Below are positions 10,103 through 18,882 of a DNA stretch of 64,000 nt, one piece after another. The notes under the pieces were generated by a model. The model made no database searches. It saw only the letters and a list, made by a program, of their open reading frames with translations, and was not told the DNA's origin. Source of the stretch: Spirochaetia bacterium (GTDB taxonomy: Bacteria; Spirochaetota; Spirochaetia; UBA9216); assembly GCA_963675665.1 (NCBI GenBank), contig OY776510.1:2176001-2240000 (forward strand). Direction: 5' to 3'. Position 1 is the stretch's first letter. Every line of letters begins with the position of its first letter. Both the position numbers and the translations under genes were made by a program.

Positions 10103-12703
10103 CTATTCCAGGAGTCCCAGTTTTCTCGCTTCCATGGCCGCTTCGCCACGGCGGCGAACATCAAGTTTTGCGAATATCTGACGTGCATACCACCGGACAG
10201 TATTAATTGAAATATAAATGATCTCCGAAATTTCATTATTGGATGCGCCCTGAGACATCAGGTGCAATATCTGCAATTCACGCCCGTTGAATTTTTCTTC
10301 ATAACCGTGGATGGAAACTGTTTTTGCGCTATCTATCAGTCCGCGGATTTCATCGTCACTGAGCACTTTAAATGATGCATCCTGTTTCAATGTTGAGAAC
10401 GGATGCTGCTCTCCGGTTTTTCTTTTTCCTGAAGTTCTGATTTGCAGCCATTCGGAAAGGCCCAGGTCCCTGCATTCTGAAACCAGGCTGTTAAGTGATG
10501 ATTCGTCTCCTCTGATCATGGTTTCGAGGCTGCGAAGTTCCAGCGACTGATACGGTGAAAGTTGATATTTTTTTCTGCACTCTTCAATCTTCCGCAGACT
10601 GTTTTCAATATTACCCTGGTGCCAAAATGCCCAGCATTCTGCTATTACAGGTATAACTGCACCGATATCACCATGGTTCTCTACCGACTGCATCTGAAAC
10701 AGCCGGCTTTTCGATTCTTCCGGAGAGTCATACCAGCAGGCTATTTTTACCGCCCCGGCCATTACTATCATGCGGCCCCAGGGTGTGCTGCCGGCAAAGT
10801 GCAGTGCACGATCAATGTGATAGTATGCCTCTTCAGTAGAAAATACAGCAGTTATTTCTGCAGCGTATACATGCGCTAAAAGGATGATTTCATCGATACC
10901 GCAGCTTTCTGTCAGTAGAATTGCTTTATTTGTTTCATGTAATAAAGTGTTCCCGGTTTCTCGCCAGGATTTTAATCGAATTTCATTTATCCAGCAAAGC
11001 CCCCGGAAAGAGAATTCATCGCTTCCGAATTTTGTAATCAGTCTTCTGTGGGCGTCTGAAATCAATCCAAGGGCTTCATCCGTGCGGAGCAGATCACATA
11101 ATATATAGCTTGTGTTTGTATCAAGAAGAATTCCCAAATAGGCTGAAGAATTATAGAAATCATCCCTGTTATACTCCAGAAGTTCCCGGAGCGCTTTTTC
11201 AGGTTCTCCCTGCCATTGTATGGCGCCCAGATGAATAAAGGACAAAATCTGGAGTATGTCCGGGTATTTTCCGTCCAAAAGCGGCACAGCCTTTTCATAG
11301 AAATTAAGGAATTCTTTGAAAGATCCTTTTTTGTAAAAACTCGAATATGCTTTTGCGGCAAGGACTAATGCACGTTCTGCATCATCTGTCTCGTTCTGAT
11401 CGGTATCTTCAGGCAGTACCAAATCCTGATGCACCAATGTTCTGGTCCAGATGAATAATCCGTTTATTACCGGTTTTTTTATTCGTATGGATCCCGGTAT
11501 TGTTTCAATTAATTCCAGGAATTCAATAAATCGACCCGGACTGAACCAGTTATCGGTATCAGAAATGATAATTTCAGCAAGCTGATCGTAAAGGCCGTGT
11601 TCCGAGCTTAAAAGCGCCGCTTCTTCTGTTCTGCTTTCCCTGAGTAATGCTGAAATACTGTTTTTTATGATCTCCATGTGCTCCGGATCATTGTTAAGCA
11701 CGTAATTCTGAACGAGTTCTCTGAAAAATGCATCGAACTGAAAACAGTCTTCCCCGTTGCCGGTCCTGTTAACAAAGAAGCCCTGCTTTTCCAGATTGCA
11801 GAGCACAAGTCTGCATGTTGCTTTATCAATCTCGGGAGTTATTGAGGCAACCGATGCAACTGTTGCCGGATTCATGAAAACGGAGTTTGTGATAACTTTT
11901 CTTGCCGAAGAATCAAGAGATGATAGCAGTTCCGCCGCAAGATATTCCGTAAGCTTTGTCCCCTTAAGCAGGATATTCTTTAAAAAAAGTACAGGATCTT
12001 CCGTATCGGAAATTAACAGCCCTATGGTCTTAACGCCGGCAGGCCATCCTTTTACCCTGTTGTTGATGTTTTCACAGTCGTTTACAGTAATATTGGCATT
12101 GAAGGTCCTTAAAACCTCGGTGCTTTCACTAACACCAAGGCGGAGATCCTTTGGCCGAAATTCAAAAAGCCGGCCGTTGAGGGCGTATCTTGCCATTGCA
12201 AGCGAGGGGTTATGCCTTGTTAATATCCAGACGCGGAAATTGTGTGGGATGCTGTCCAGAAATATTTCAAATTCCTCAAGTGTCGGGCCGGAAAGCTTAT
12301 GAAAGTCGTCTATGACAAGGTTGCATTCTTCCTGTATTAAACAGAGGCAATTACATAAAGATATCACCGCCGAATCATGGTTGGTTTCTGATGATTCGAA
12401 CTGGAGCTTGAGTGTATCTGCCTGTTTCGGAATATCGTTTTTGAAAAGATCAATAATGGCCAGCCAGAAAACATTTTTTGCGGAGATGGCTCTTGAAACC
12501 GAAAGCCAGCGTACTGTATCTTTCCGGTTTTCAAGAAGCTGAAGGACAGTAATTGTTTTTCCATATCCTGCCGGGGCCTGAACATGAATGATTGAAGATT
12601 TGTCGGTTTTACTGCGCCATATTTCAAGCCCGGAACGCAAAACGGTTCCGGCAAGGTTCCCAAAAGGAGGAATTAATTTTATCACCGGATAAGGCTTATC
12701 CAA
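10103..12703 (-). CDS. MalT-like (LAL/STAND) ATP-dependent LuxR-family transcriptional regulator
   Basis: Walker A APAGYGKT, LVIDDFH, GWPAG; C-terminal LuxR HTH RELQILHLMSQGASNNEI...ISINTVR. Confidence 0.88.
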   Translation of the reverse strand: MDKPYPVIKLIPPFGNLAGTVLRSGLEIWRSKTDKSSIIHVQAPAGYGKTITVLQLLENRKDTVRWLSVSRAISAKNVFWLAIIDLFKNDIPKQADTLKLQFESSETNHDSAVISLCNCLCLIQEECNLVIDDFHKLSGPTLEEFEIFLDSIPHNFRVWILTRHNPSLAMARYALNGRLFEFRPKDLRLGVSESTEVLRTFNANITVNDCENINNRVKGWPAGVKTIGLLISDTEDPVLFLKNILLKGTKLTEYLAAELLSSLDSSARKVITNSVFMNPATVASVASITPEIDKATCRLVLCNLEKQGFFVNRTGNGEDCFQFDAFFRELVQNYVLNNDPEHMEIIKNSISALLRESRTEEAALLSSEHGLYDQLAEIIISDTDNWFSPGRFIEFLELIETIPGSIRIKKPVINGLFIWTRTLVHQDLVLPEDTDQNETDDAERALVLAAKAYSSFYKKGSFKEFLNFYEKAVPLLDGKYPDILQILSFIHLGAIQWQGEPEKALRELLEYNRDDFYNSSAYLGILLDTNTSYILCDLLRTDEALGLISDAHRRLITKFGSDEFSFRGLCWINEIRLKSWRETGNTLLHETNKAILLTESCGIDEIILLAHVYAAEITAVFSTEEAYYHIDRALHFAGSTPWGRMIVMAGAVKIACWYDSPEESKSRLFQMQSVENHGDIGAVIPVIAECWAFWHQGNIENSLRKIEECRKKYQLSPYQSLELRSLETMIRGDESSLNSLVSECRDLGLSEWLQIRTSGKRKTGEQHPFSTLKQDASFKVLSDDEIRGLIDSAKTVSIHGYEEKFNGRELQILHLMSQGASNNEISEIIYISINTVRWYARQIFAKLDVRRRGEAAMEARKLGLLE

Positions 12704-12765
12704 ATAGAATCCTGCTTTACTGTAATATGTGTCTCAGGTATCATAACACAGCATTGTAACAGTAT

Positions 12766-13488
12766 CTACATTTCTGTGCTGATTATGCGTTTTACATTTC
12801 TGGGGTATCTTGTATCCGCCGGGTTTTTTGAATAATGATATAAACAGACGGAATCTCCCCAGCCGATGCATTTCGGCTGAACCAATCCCAGGTTCAGCGC
12901 ATCAGCCTGGGCAAAATCGAAAATATTGCAATATGAGTACATCTCGGGAAGGTTGTTGTTTTTCATAAAAGTAATCATTGCGCATTGGGTACACTTAACC
13001 TCCAGTAATGGCGCGGGGTCATGTGAATATTTGAAAGCAAGATGAAAGGTGTCGTGGTTTTTCGATTCATTCATTTGCCTGCATGCCGGCTTCATAATTT
13101 TGCCGAAGAGCCCTGAAACAATAACTTTTCGCTGTATCCGTCTGAACAACTTTGGAGTCTTCAGAAAATTCATCAGGCAGATTTCATAAGTCAGACGGCC
13201 TATCTGGTCAACTGTCCAGCCTGCATCTCTCAATTCGGTGTGAGCTGCGGCCAACAGGCCCAGAACCGGCATCAAACCGTTAAAGCTGTTTCGATCTCCG
13301 CCCGGATGATAAGGCAATGTACCCGCAAGAATGTTGATACGAAGGCTGGTCCTGTACTGAAAATCTTCGGGAAGACTGAGCGTCGGATATTTCCTGCAGA
13401 TTTCGAGGTAGAGCGGCATATACTTTGACACAGTTCTATTCAGGCGGTTAGTTTTCTTTAGCCAGTAATCTGAAGTTATTGTTTTCAT
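12766..13488 (-). CDS. L-2-amino-thiazoline-4-carboxylate (ATC) hydrolase-family protein with N-terminal extension
   Basis: C-terminal TQCAM...YCNIFD...LGLVQPKCIGWGDSVCLYHY pattern of the ATC_hydrolase family; ATG at 13488 preceded by GGAGG. Confidence 0.7.
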   Translation of the reverse strand: MKTITSDYWLKKTNRLNRTVSKYMPLYLEICRKYPTLSLPEDFQYRTSLRINILAGTLPYHPGGDRNSFNGLMPVLGLLAAAHTELRDAGWTVDQIGRLTYEICLMNFLKTPKLFRRIQRKVIVSGLFGKIMKPACRQMNESKNHDTFHLAFKYSHDPAPLLEVKCTQCAMITFMKNNNLPEMYSYCNIFDFAQADALNLGLVQPKCIGWGDSVCLYHYSKNPADTRYPRNVKRIISTEM

Positions 13489-13668
13489 TAAAATGCCTCC
13501 GTCTATTGGATAGATGGAGTTAAATATAAGGCAGGCAGCGCCTTTGCGCACCACCCGATAGGACGGTTTTAAGTAACTGGCGATTACCGTCTTTTTGAAA
13601 GTATGATTCGGATGTAATCGGTATTAAAAATAAGGCTGCTTCCAATTCTGAATAATACGGAGATAAAT

Positions 13669-15279
13669 ATGAAAAAGCTTATGACATGTTATGAAAACGC
13701 AGGTATTATTATCCGCACCCGGGCAAAGCAGCTTTTTATTATTTTGCTGGCCATGTCCTGCCTTATGCCTGTTCTGATAATCCATGATCTGGTTCAGAAG
13801 GATTTTATCAATAGCGGACTGTCTTCGATGGTTCTTGCTTCATTTGTCCTGTCGATTCTTCTGCTTTTCAGGGGCAGGTACCGGGTATCCAGCATAATCC
13901 CTGTTATTACAACCGTGATGGTAACATTCATGCTTTCTCTTTCTTTGCCGATTGAGTCGCCTTTTCAGGTATATAATGTTGTTTTTTATATGATGATTTC
14001 CCTCCTGTTTACCCTCTCGGCAAGCGAATCGGAATTTCATTCGCTTGTCGTAGGGGTTCTGAATCTTTTGATCCTTCTCGGCATAGGCATTTTTAAAATA
14101 TATCCCCAGGTAAAATCCCTGACAGGAAGAAGCTGTTCGGAACAGGTTGTTGTTGCAACGGTACTGTTTGTTCTGGCCGGATTAATGGTTTTTATAACTG
14201 CAAGGGGAAATAAAATGGCGCTCGTCCGGATTGAAAAAACCAATTCTGAAAACAGGAAGATCATCAGAGAGATTATGGAGTTAATGACTGATTCGGAATC
14301 TTCGTTACAGATAACCAAAGCATTAATTGAAGAATATGGAAATATTAAGGAAAATGTAAGCCGGATCAGAACTCAGGTTTCTTCCTATAATTCAATTGCG
14401 GCGAATGTGCGGAATACTATGAATGAAGCCTTGTCCTCAATAGGTAATTCTGTCGAGCTTGCTGAAAGTTTTAATTTCAGGGTTGATGAGCAGAACGCCG
14501 TTGTGCAGGAGTCGACTGCATCAATAAATGAGATGTCCGCTTCGCTGAATTCTGTTGCGGCAATTGTAGAGGAGAGAATGAAAGCAATGCGCCGGTTGAT
14601 AGAAAAGGCTGAAACTGGAAAGTCTGAGCTTGATGCCGCACAGAAAGCGTTGCTGCATAATGCAAATCAAATGCAGAAACTTATGGAAATAAACAGAATG
14701 ATCAGTGAAATTGCAGGACAAACCAATCTTTTGTCGATGAATGCCGCGATCGAAGCTGCGCATGCAGGCGATATGGGAAGAGGGTTCGCTGTTGTCGCGT
14801 CGGAGATCCGAAAGCTTGCACAGTCAAGCACGGGTAATTCGCAGGTTATAGCGAAAGATATTGAGCTTATAAGCTCGGGCGTTAATGAAACCATTGAATT
14901 GACTGAGAGTGCGGAACTTGTAATTGAACAGATGAATCATGAAGTTCGGCAGGTCTGCAATGCTTTTGAAGAGATTAACGGATCAACTCATGAATTATCG
15001 ATAGGCGGTGATGAGATAGCCCGGGCAATGGCGGCGCTTCAGGACAGTTCGCGTTCTCTTCACGATGGGGTTATTGAAATCAGCGACGATCAGAACCAGG
15101 TCAGGAATGATGTCGGCGATCTCAGCAGATTGATCGATATTCTCAATGATGCTTCAGGAAAGATAACTGAAGCCGTTGAAGGTATAAATTCATCGATGAG
15201 CAGGCTGGAAAAAATTATAGACGAATCCGGCCAGCAGTCCGAAAAGCTGCATCAGGGAATAAGGTTGCTGGCTTCGTAA
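13669..15279 (+). CDS. Methyl-accepting chemotaxis protein with multi-TM N-terminus
   Basis: IAGQTNLLSMNAAIEAAHAGDMGRGFAVVASEIRKLA signalling hairpin; about six N-terminal TM helices. Confidence 0.93.
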   Translation: MKKLMTCYENAGIIIRTRAKQLFIILLAMSCLMPVLIIHDLVQKDFINSGLSSMVLASFVLSILLLFRGRYRVSSIIPVITTVMVTFMLSLSLPIESPFQVYNVVFYMMISLLFTLSASESEFHSLVVGVLNLLILLGIGIFKIYPQVKSLTGRSCSEQVVVATVLFVLAGLMVFITARGNKMALVRIEKTNSENRKIIREIMELMTDSESSLQITKALIEEYGNIKENVSRIRTQVSSYNSIAANVRNTMNEALSSIGNSVELAESFNFRVDEQNAVVQESTASINEMSASLNSVAAIVEERMKAMRRLIEKAETGKSELDAAQKALLHNANQMQKLMEINRMISEIAGQTNLLSMNAAIEAAHAGDMGRGFAVVASEIRKLAQSSTGNSQVIAKDIELISSGVNETIELTESAELVIEQMNHEVRQVCNAFEEINGSTHELSIGGDEIARAMAALQDSSRSLHDGVIEISDDQNQVRNDVGDLSRLIDILNDASGKITEAVEGINSSMSRLEKIIDESGQQSEKLHQGIRLLAS

Positions 15280-15281
15280 GA

Positions 15282-15785
15282 TTACCGCACGCTGTTCAGC
15301 AGGGACATTATTTCGTCTGCAATCTCTTCAGGTGTTCCGCCGATTGGAACTGTTATGCCTTCTTCAGGTTCTTCAAGTGTATTGAATTGCGACTGAAGCA
15401 GTTTCGGCGGCATGAAATGGTTTCTTCGTTTGTTTATCCTGTCGGATATCTCCTCGAATGAACCTTTCAAATAGATGAAGGCGCAGTGATCAATCAGCCC
15501 ACAGGTCAGGATTTCGCGGTAGCTTTTCTTCAGCGCCGAACACGCAATTACAGCGCCCGTTTCAATATTCTCTGATGCCAGATTATTCAGGTTCTCAAGC
15601 CAGCCCTTTCTGTCGGAATCGTTCAGCGGTATTCCGGCGCGCATCTTGCTGATATTGTTTTCAGGATGGTAGTCGTCTCCGTCGAAGAAAGGTAAATCCA
15701 GTCTGCCGGCAAGAATCTTGCCCACGGTGGATTTGCCGCACCCGGAGACTCCCATTATGTATAAAATCTTTACAGGATTATTCAT
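15282..15785 (-). CDS. gntK: Gluconokinase (thermoresistant, GntK/IdnK)
   Basis: MGVSGCGKST, DGDDYHP, GIPLNDSDR, ACSALKKSYR, HFMPPKLLQSQF. Confidence 0.92.
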   Translation of the reverse strand: MNNPVKILYIMGVSGCGKSTVGKILAGRLDLPFFDGDDYHPENNISKMRAGIPLNDSDRKGWLENLNNLASENIETGAVIACSALKKSYREILTCGLIDHCAFIYLKGSFEEISDRINKRRNHFMPPKLLQSQFNTLEEPEEGITVPIGGTPEEIADEIMSLLNSVR

Positions 15786-15872
15786 GTTTCATCCTGAGAT
15801 AGAGTATCGGAAATTTATTAAGGAATTTCAATATCGATAAACCTTGACAATGAAATTATTATATAGTAAATA

Positions 15873-16163
15873 ATGTATATGACTATCACTGAGAAAGCAA
15901 AAGGTCCCCTGAAGGAACTGTTTGACTCCCGTCCGGGAAATATCTTTACAGTATTTGTTCAGGGGTTTGGATGAGGCGGTCCGCAGATTAATATGGCTCT
16001 GGAAGAGTCCGATGAAAAACTGACCGCCGTTGAATATGACGGCCTGCCGTTCCAGTTTGAAGAACGCATCAAGCATATTTTCGAAAATATGGTAATAGAC
16101 TATATAGAAAGTTTCTGGCAGAAAGGTCTTGTTATCAGGACTTCCGTCGGGGGCCGCTGCTGA
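15873..16163 (+). CDS. HesB/IscA-like selenoprotein (96 aa, Sec at codon 34); not in the ORF track
   Basis: Reads MYMTITEKAKGPLKELFDSRPGNIFTVFVQGFG-TGA(15972-15974)-GGPQINMALEESDEKLTAVEYDGLPFQFEERIKHIFENMVIDYIESFWQKGLVIRTSVGGRC-stop; GFG-U-GGP...ALEE...IDY...G...C is the HesB-like signature; start may be ATG 15879. Confidence 0.82.
15995..16009 (+). promoter_or_regulatory. Bacterial SECIS-like hairpin
   Basis: GGCTCT-GGA-AGAGTC stem with a G-containing apical loop 26 nt downstream of the in-frame TGA. Confidence 0.65.
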
Positions 16164-16186
16164 TACAAAAACGGTTTTAACCGATC

Positions 16187-16209
16187 AACCAGCTTCGGCT
16201 GGTTTTTTT
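16187..16209 (+). terminator. Rho-independent terminator after the HesB-like gene
   Basis: AACCAGC-TTCG-GCTGGTT followed by a T-run; supports a + strand transcript ending here. Confidence 0.85.
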
Positions 16210-16282
16210 GTTATTCTGTTTTAACATTGAAAAAAATCGAATCACCATTTATTATGAATAAAAATCAGTTCAGGAATATGGT

Positions 16283-17137
16283 GTGGCAGAATTAAGAACA
16301 GACAAGCTTGTTTCCCCGGTTGTGAAATGGGTCGGAGGTAAAAGGCAGCTGCTGAAAGATATAGAACCTCACCTGCCTGAAGAAGTCCGAAACGGTAAGG
16401 CCGACTATTACGAACCTTTTATAGGCGGAGGCGCCGTTTTTTTTCATCTTCAGCCTAAGAGGGCAGTGATCAATGACAATAATGAGGAACTTGTTAATCT
16501 GTACAGAGTAATAAAGGATTATCCGTCGGAGCTTGTTGAAGATCTTAAAAAGCACAGTAATGAAGAAGAATATTTCTATGAAATCCGGGGACTCGACCGG
16601 GATAGAGAGACCTTTTTGAAACTCAATGATGTCGAACGGGCCTCCAGAATTATATTTTTGAATAAAACCTGTTACAACGGACTTTTCAGGGTGAACAGCG
16701 CCGGTGAGTTTAATACACCCTTCGGCCGGTACAGGAATCCCAATATTGTCAACGAAATTACAATCAGGGCGATACACAATTATTTCGTGAATAACGATGT
16801 AACAATACTGAACACGGATTTTGAATCGGCCCTTGAAAACATTAACCAGGGTTCCTTTGTGTATTTTGACCCTCCTTATGACCCGGTCTCCGACAGTGCG
16901 AATTTTACAGGCTATACAAAAGGCGGTTTCGGCAGGGAAGAGCAGAAGAGGCTTAAGAATGTCTGCGATATATTAAGCGATAAAGGTGTGAAGTTTTTAC
17001 TTTCAAATTCTGCCACGGATTTTATACGTGAACTATACTCTGATTATCACGTGGGGACAATCAAAGCCGGACGCGCGGTCAACTCGAGAACGGACAGGCG
17101 CGGAGCGGTTGAAGAAGTATTAGTGCGGAATTACTGA
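16283..17137 (+). CDS. dam: Dam/DpnM-type DNA adenine methyltransferase (orphan)
   Basis: KWVGGKRQL, EPFIGGGAV, LNKTCYNGLFRVN...FNTPFG, DPPY, LSNS (D12-class N6-MTase). Confidence 0.9.
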   Translation: MAELRTDKLVSPVVKWVGGKRQLLKDIEPHLPEEVRNGKADYYEPFIGGGAVFFHLQPKRAVINDNNEELVNLYRVIKDYPSELVEDLKKHSNEEEYFYEIRGLDRDRETFLKLNDVERASRIIFLNKTCYNGLFRVNSAGEFNTPFGRYRNPNIVNEITIRAIHNYFVNNDVTILNTDFESALENINQGSFVYFDPPYDPVSDSANFTGYTKGGFGREEQKRLKNVCDILSDKGVKFLLSNSATDFIRELYSDYHVGTIKAGRAVNSRTDRRGAVEEVLVRNY

Positions 17138-17274
17138 ACAATAATAATACCGTGAAAACCATAACATCTGTAACAGCGTGAAAATCAAAGTTTTACATTT
17201 CAATTCATTGATATTACTGAAACCTCAGAATTAATTTCCATAGCTTTATTGGAAAGAACAGTTACACCAAATAA

Positions 17275-17328
17275 ATACCTGTATAAACGTATATATGTAT
17301 AGACAGGTATACAGGTTCATGTTATAAT
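17275..17328 (+). promoter_or_regulatory. Promoter (TAGACA-17-TATAAT, TG-extended) with tandem HutC/GntR-type operator boxes
   Basis: -35 TAGACA 17300-17305; TGnTATAAT 17320-17328; boxes TGTATAAACG (17280-89) and TGTATAGACA (17296-305) match GT-N-TA-N-AC; flanked by inverted repeat ATACCTGT/ACAGGTAT. Confidence 0.65.
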
Positions 17329-17337
17329 CCAGTCTAC

Positions 17338-18882
17338 ATGGCAGACAAAAATTTTTTCCTGAGTATAGATCTGGGATCAACCGGCAATAAGATTGCTCTT
17401 GTAAATGAAAAGGGTGAATTTGCATGTTTCCGATATTTTAAAACACTTATAAAACATCCGAAGCTTGGCGAAGTGGATCAGGACCCTGACAATTGCCTGA
17501 AAGTATCAATGACGGGCGCCAGGGAGGTTATTGAAGAATCAGGTATTCCTGCGGAAAAAATAGCTGCAGTCTGTTTTACCGGCCAAATGGGCGGAGTGGT
17601 AGGTATTGATTCTGATTTTAATTTATGTACAGGTTACGACAGCCCCCTGGATACAAGGTGTAATAAATATATTGAATACCTTACCGGGAATTTTCATAAG
17701 GAATTATTAAGCAATACATCGGGTAACCCTACGCATGCTTCAAAAATGCTTTACTGGAAAAAAGAGCATCCCGATATTTATCGCCGGATTTTCAGGTTTA
17801 TCCCGTTATCATCATATGTGTGCGGAAAATGGTGTAACCATAAAGGTGAAAACGCATTTTATGATTACACAAACCTTTCATTTACAGGGTTAAACAGCGT
17901 GTGCGGGCTGGACTGGAACCCGGATCTTTGCCGGCTGTTTGATCTGGATGCCGGTAAGCTTCCTGAAATTGTAAAGCCCTGGGATATAGTTGGAACTGTG
18001 ACTGCAGAATGCTCAAGTATATCGGGAATAGTCCCGGGAACTCCCGTTGTTGCAGGGGCCGGAGATCAGCCGGCAGGTTTTCTGGGCGCAGGGATGGTCG
18101 AGCGGAATGCGGCAATTGAGGTTTCCGGCGGGACGTCTGTATTTTCCATAACATCCGATCGCTTTGTTCCGGATATTGAATCGGGCAGCATCGTCTATAT
18201 GAATTCTGTTTTTCCTGACCTTTATTATCCTTTGTCCTATGTAAACGGAGGGCAGAATATAAGATGGTTTATTGAAAATTTTGCCAAAGAGGAAGAAAGG
18301 CAGGCGGAAGTTGAAAACAGGGACATTCTTCTGATTCTCGAGGAAAAAGCTGCCGAAATAGAGGCGGGCTCAGGCGAGCTGTTGTTTGTCCCTCATCTTT
18401 CGGGACAGCACTGTCCGAACGTACCGGAGTTTTCCGGGGCATGGGTCGGCCTGACCTGGGGGCATACCCCAACTCACATGTACAGATCAGTTCTTGAAGC
18501 TGTTGCATACAGTCACAGGTGCGCACTGGTTCGCATGAAGCAGTTGTTTCCCGGTTTAAAGATAAAAACGGTAAGGGCAACGGGCGGCGGAAGTAAAAGC
18601 AGGTTATGGAACAGTATAAAGGCTGATGTTCTTGGAATTCCTGTATATACATTAAATCAGCCTGAAACCGGTTTGAAGGGAGTTGCCTTGCTTGCCGCAT
18701 ACGGAATCGGCTGTATTTCGGATTTAAAAAAAGCTTCCCTGGAAACATCCGTGATGCAGAATCAAATCGAACCGTCAAAAGAGAATGAGAAGATTTATCG
18801 ATATATGACGGAATCTTATAAAAACTGTCTTAATTGTCTTGAATTACATTTTAATAAAACAAAACTTTGGAGGAATTTATGA
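17338..18882 (+). CDS. FGGY-family carbohydrate kinase (xylulokinase-like)
   Basis: SIDLGSTGNK, FTGQMGG, GAGDQPAG, ATGGGSKSRLWNSIKADVLG. Confidence 0.9.
   Translation: MADKNFFLSIDLGSTGNKIALVNEKGEFACFRYFKTLIKHPKLGEVDQDPDNCLKVSMTGAREVIEESGIPAEKIAAVCFTGQMGGVVGIDSDFNLCTGYDSPLDTRCNKYIEYLTGNFHKELLSNTSGNPTHASKMLYWKKEHPDIYRRIFRFIPLSSYVCGKWCNHKGENAFYDYTNLSFTGLNSVCGLDWNPDLCRLFDLDAGKLPEIVKPWDIVGTVTAECSSISGIVPGTPVVAGAGDQPAGFLGAGMVERNAAIEVSGGTSVFSITSDRFVPDIESGSIVYMNSVFPDLYYPLSYVNGGQNIRWFIENFAKEEERQAEVENRDILLILEEKAAEIEAGSGELLFVPHLSGQHCPNVPEFSGAWVGLTWGHTPTHMYRSVLEAVAYSHRCALVRMKQLFPGLKIKTVRATGGGSKSRLWNSIKADVLGIPVYTLNQPETGLKGVALLAAYGIGCISDLKKASLETSVMQNQIEPSKENEKIYRYMTESYKNCLNCLELHFNKTKLWRNL

Noticed and set aside
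10103-12703. STAND NTPase as an Avs-like anti-phage system
   Set aside because: The C-terminal LuxR HTH and MalT-like architecture indicate a transcription regulator; no nuclease or other effector domain is seen
15828-16076. 82-aa minus-strand ORF from the ORF track
   Set aside because: Antisense shadow of the HesB-like selenoprotein gene; no recognisable motif, and the terminator orientation supports the + strand
16161-16163. Second TGA after the C-terminal Cys of the HesB-like gene as another Sec codon
   Set aside because: It is followed by a terminator, not a SECIS-like hairpin, and family members end at this Cys
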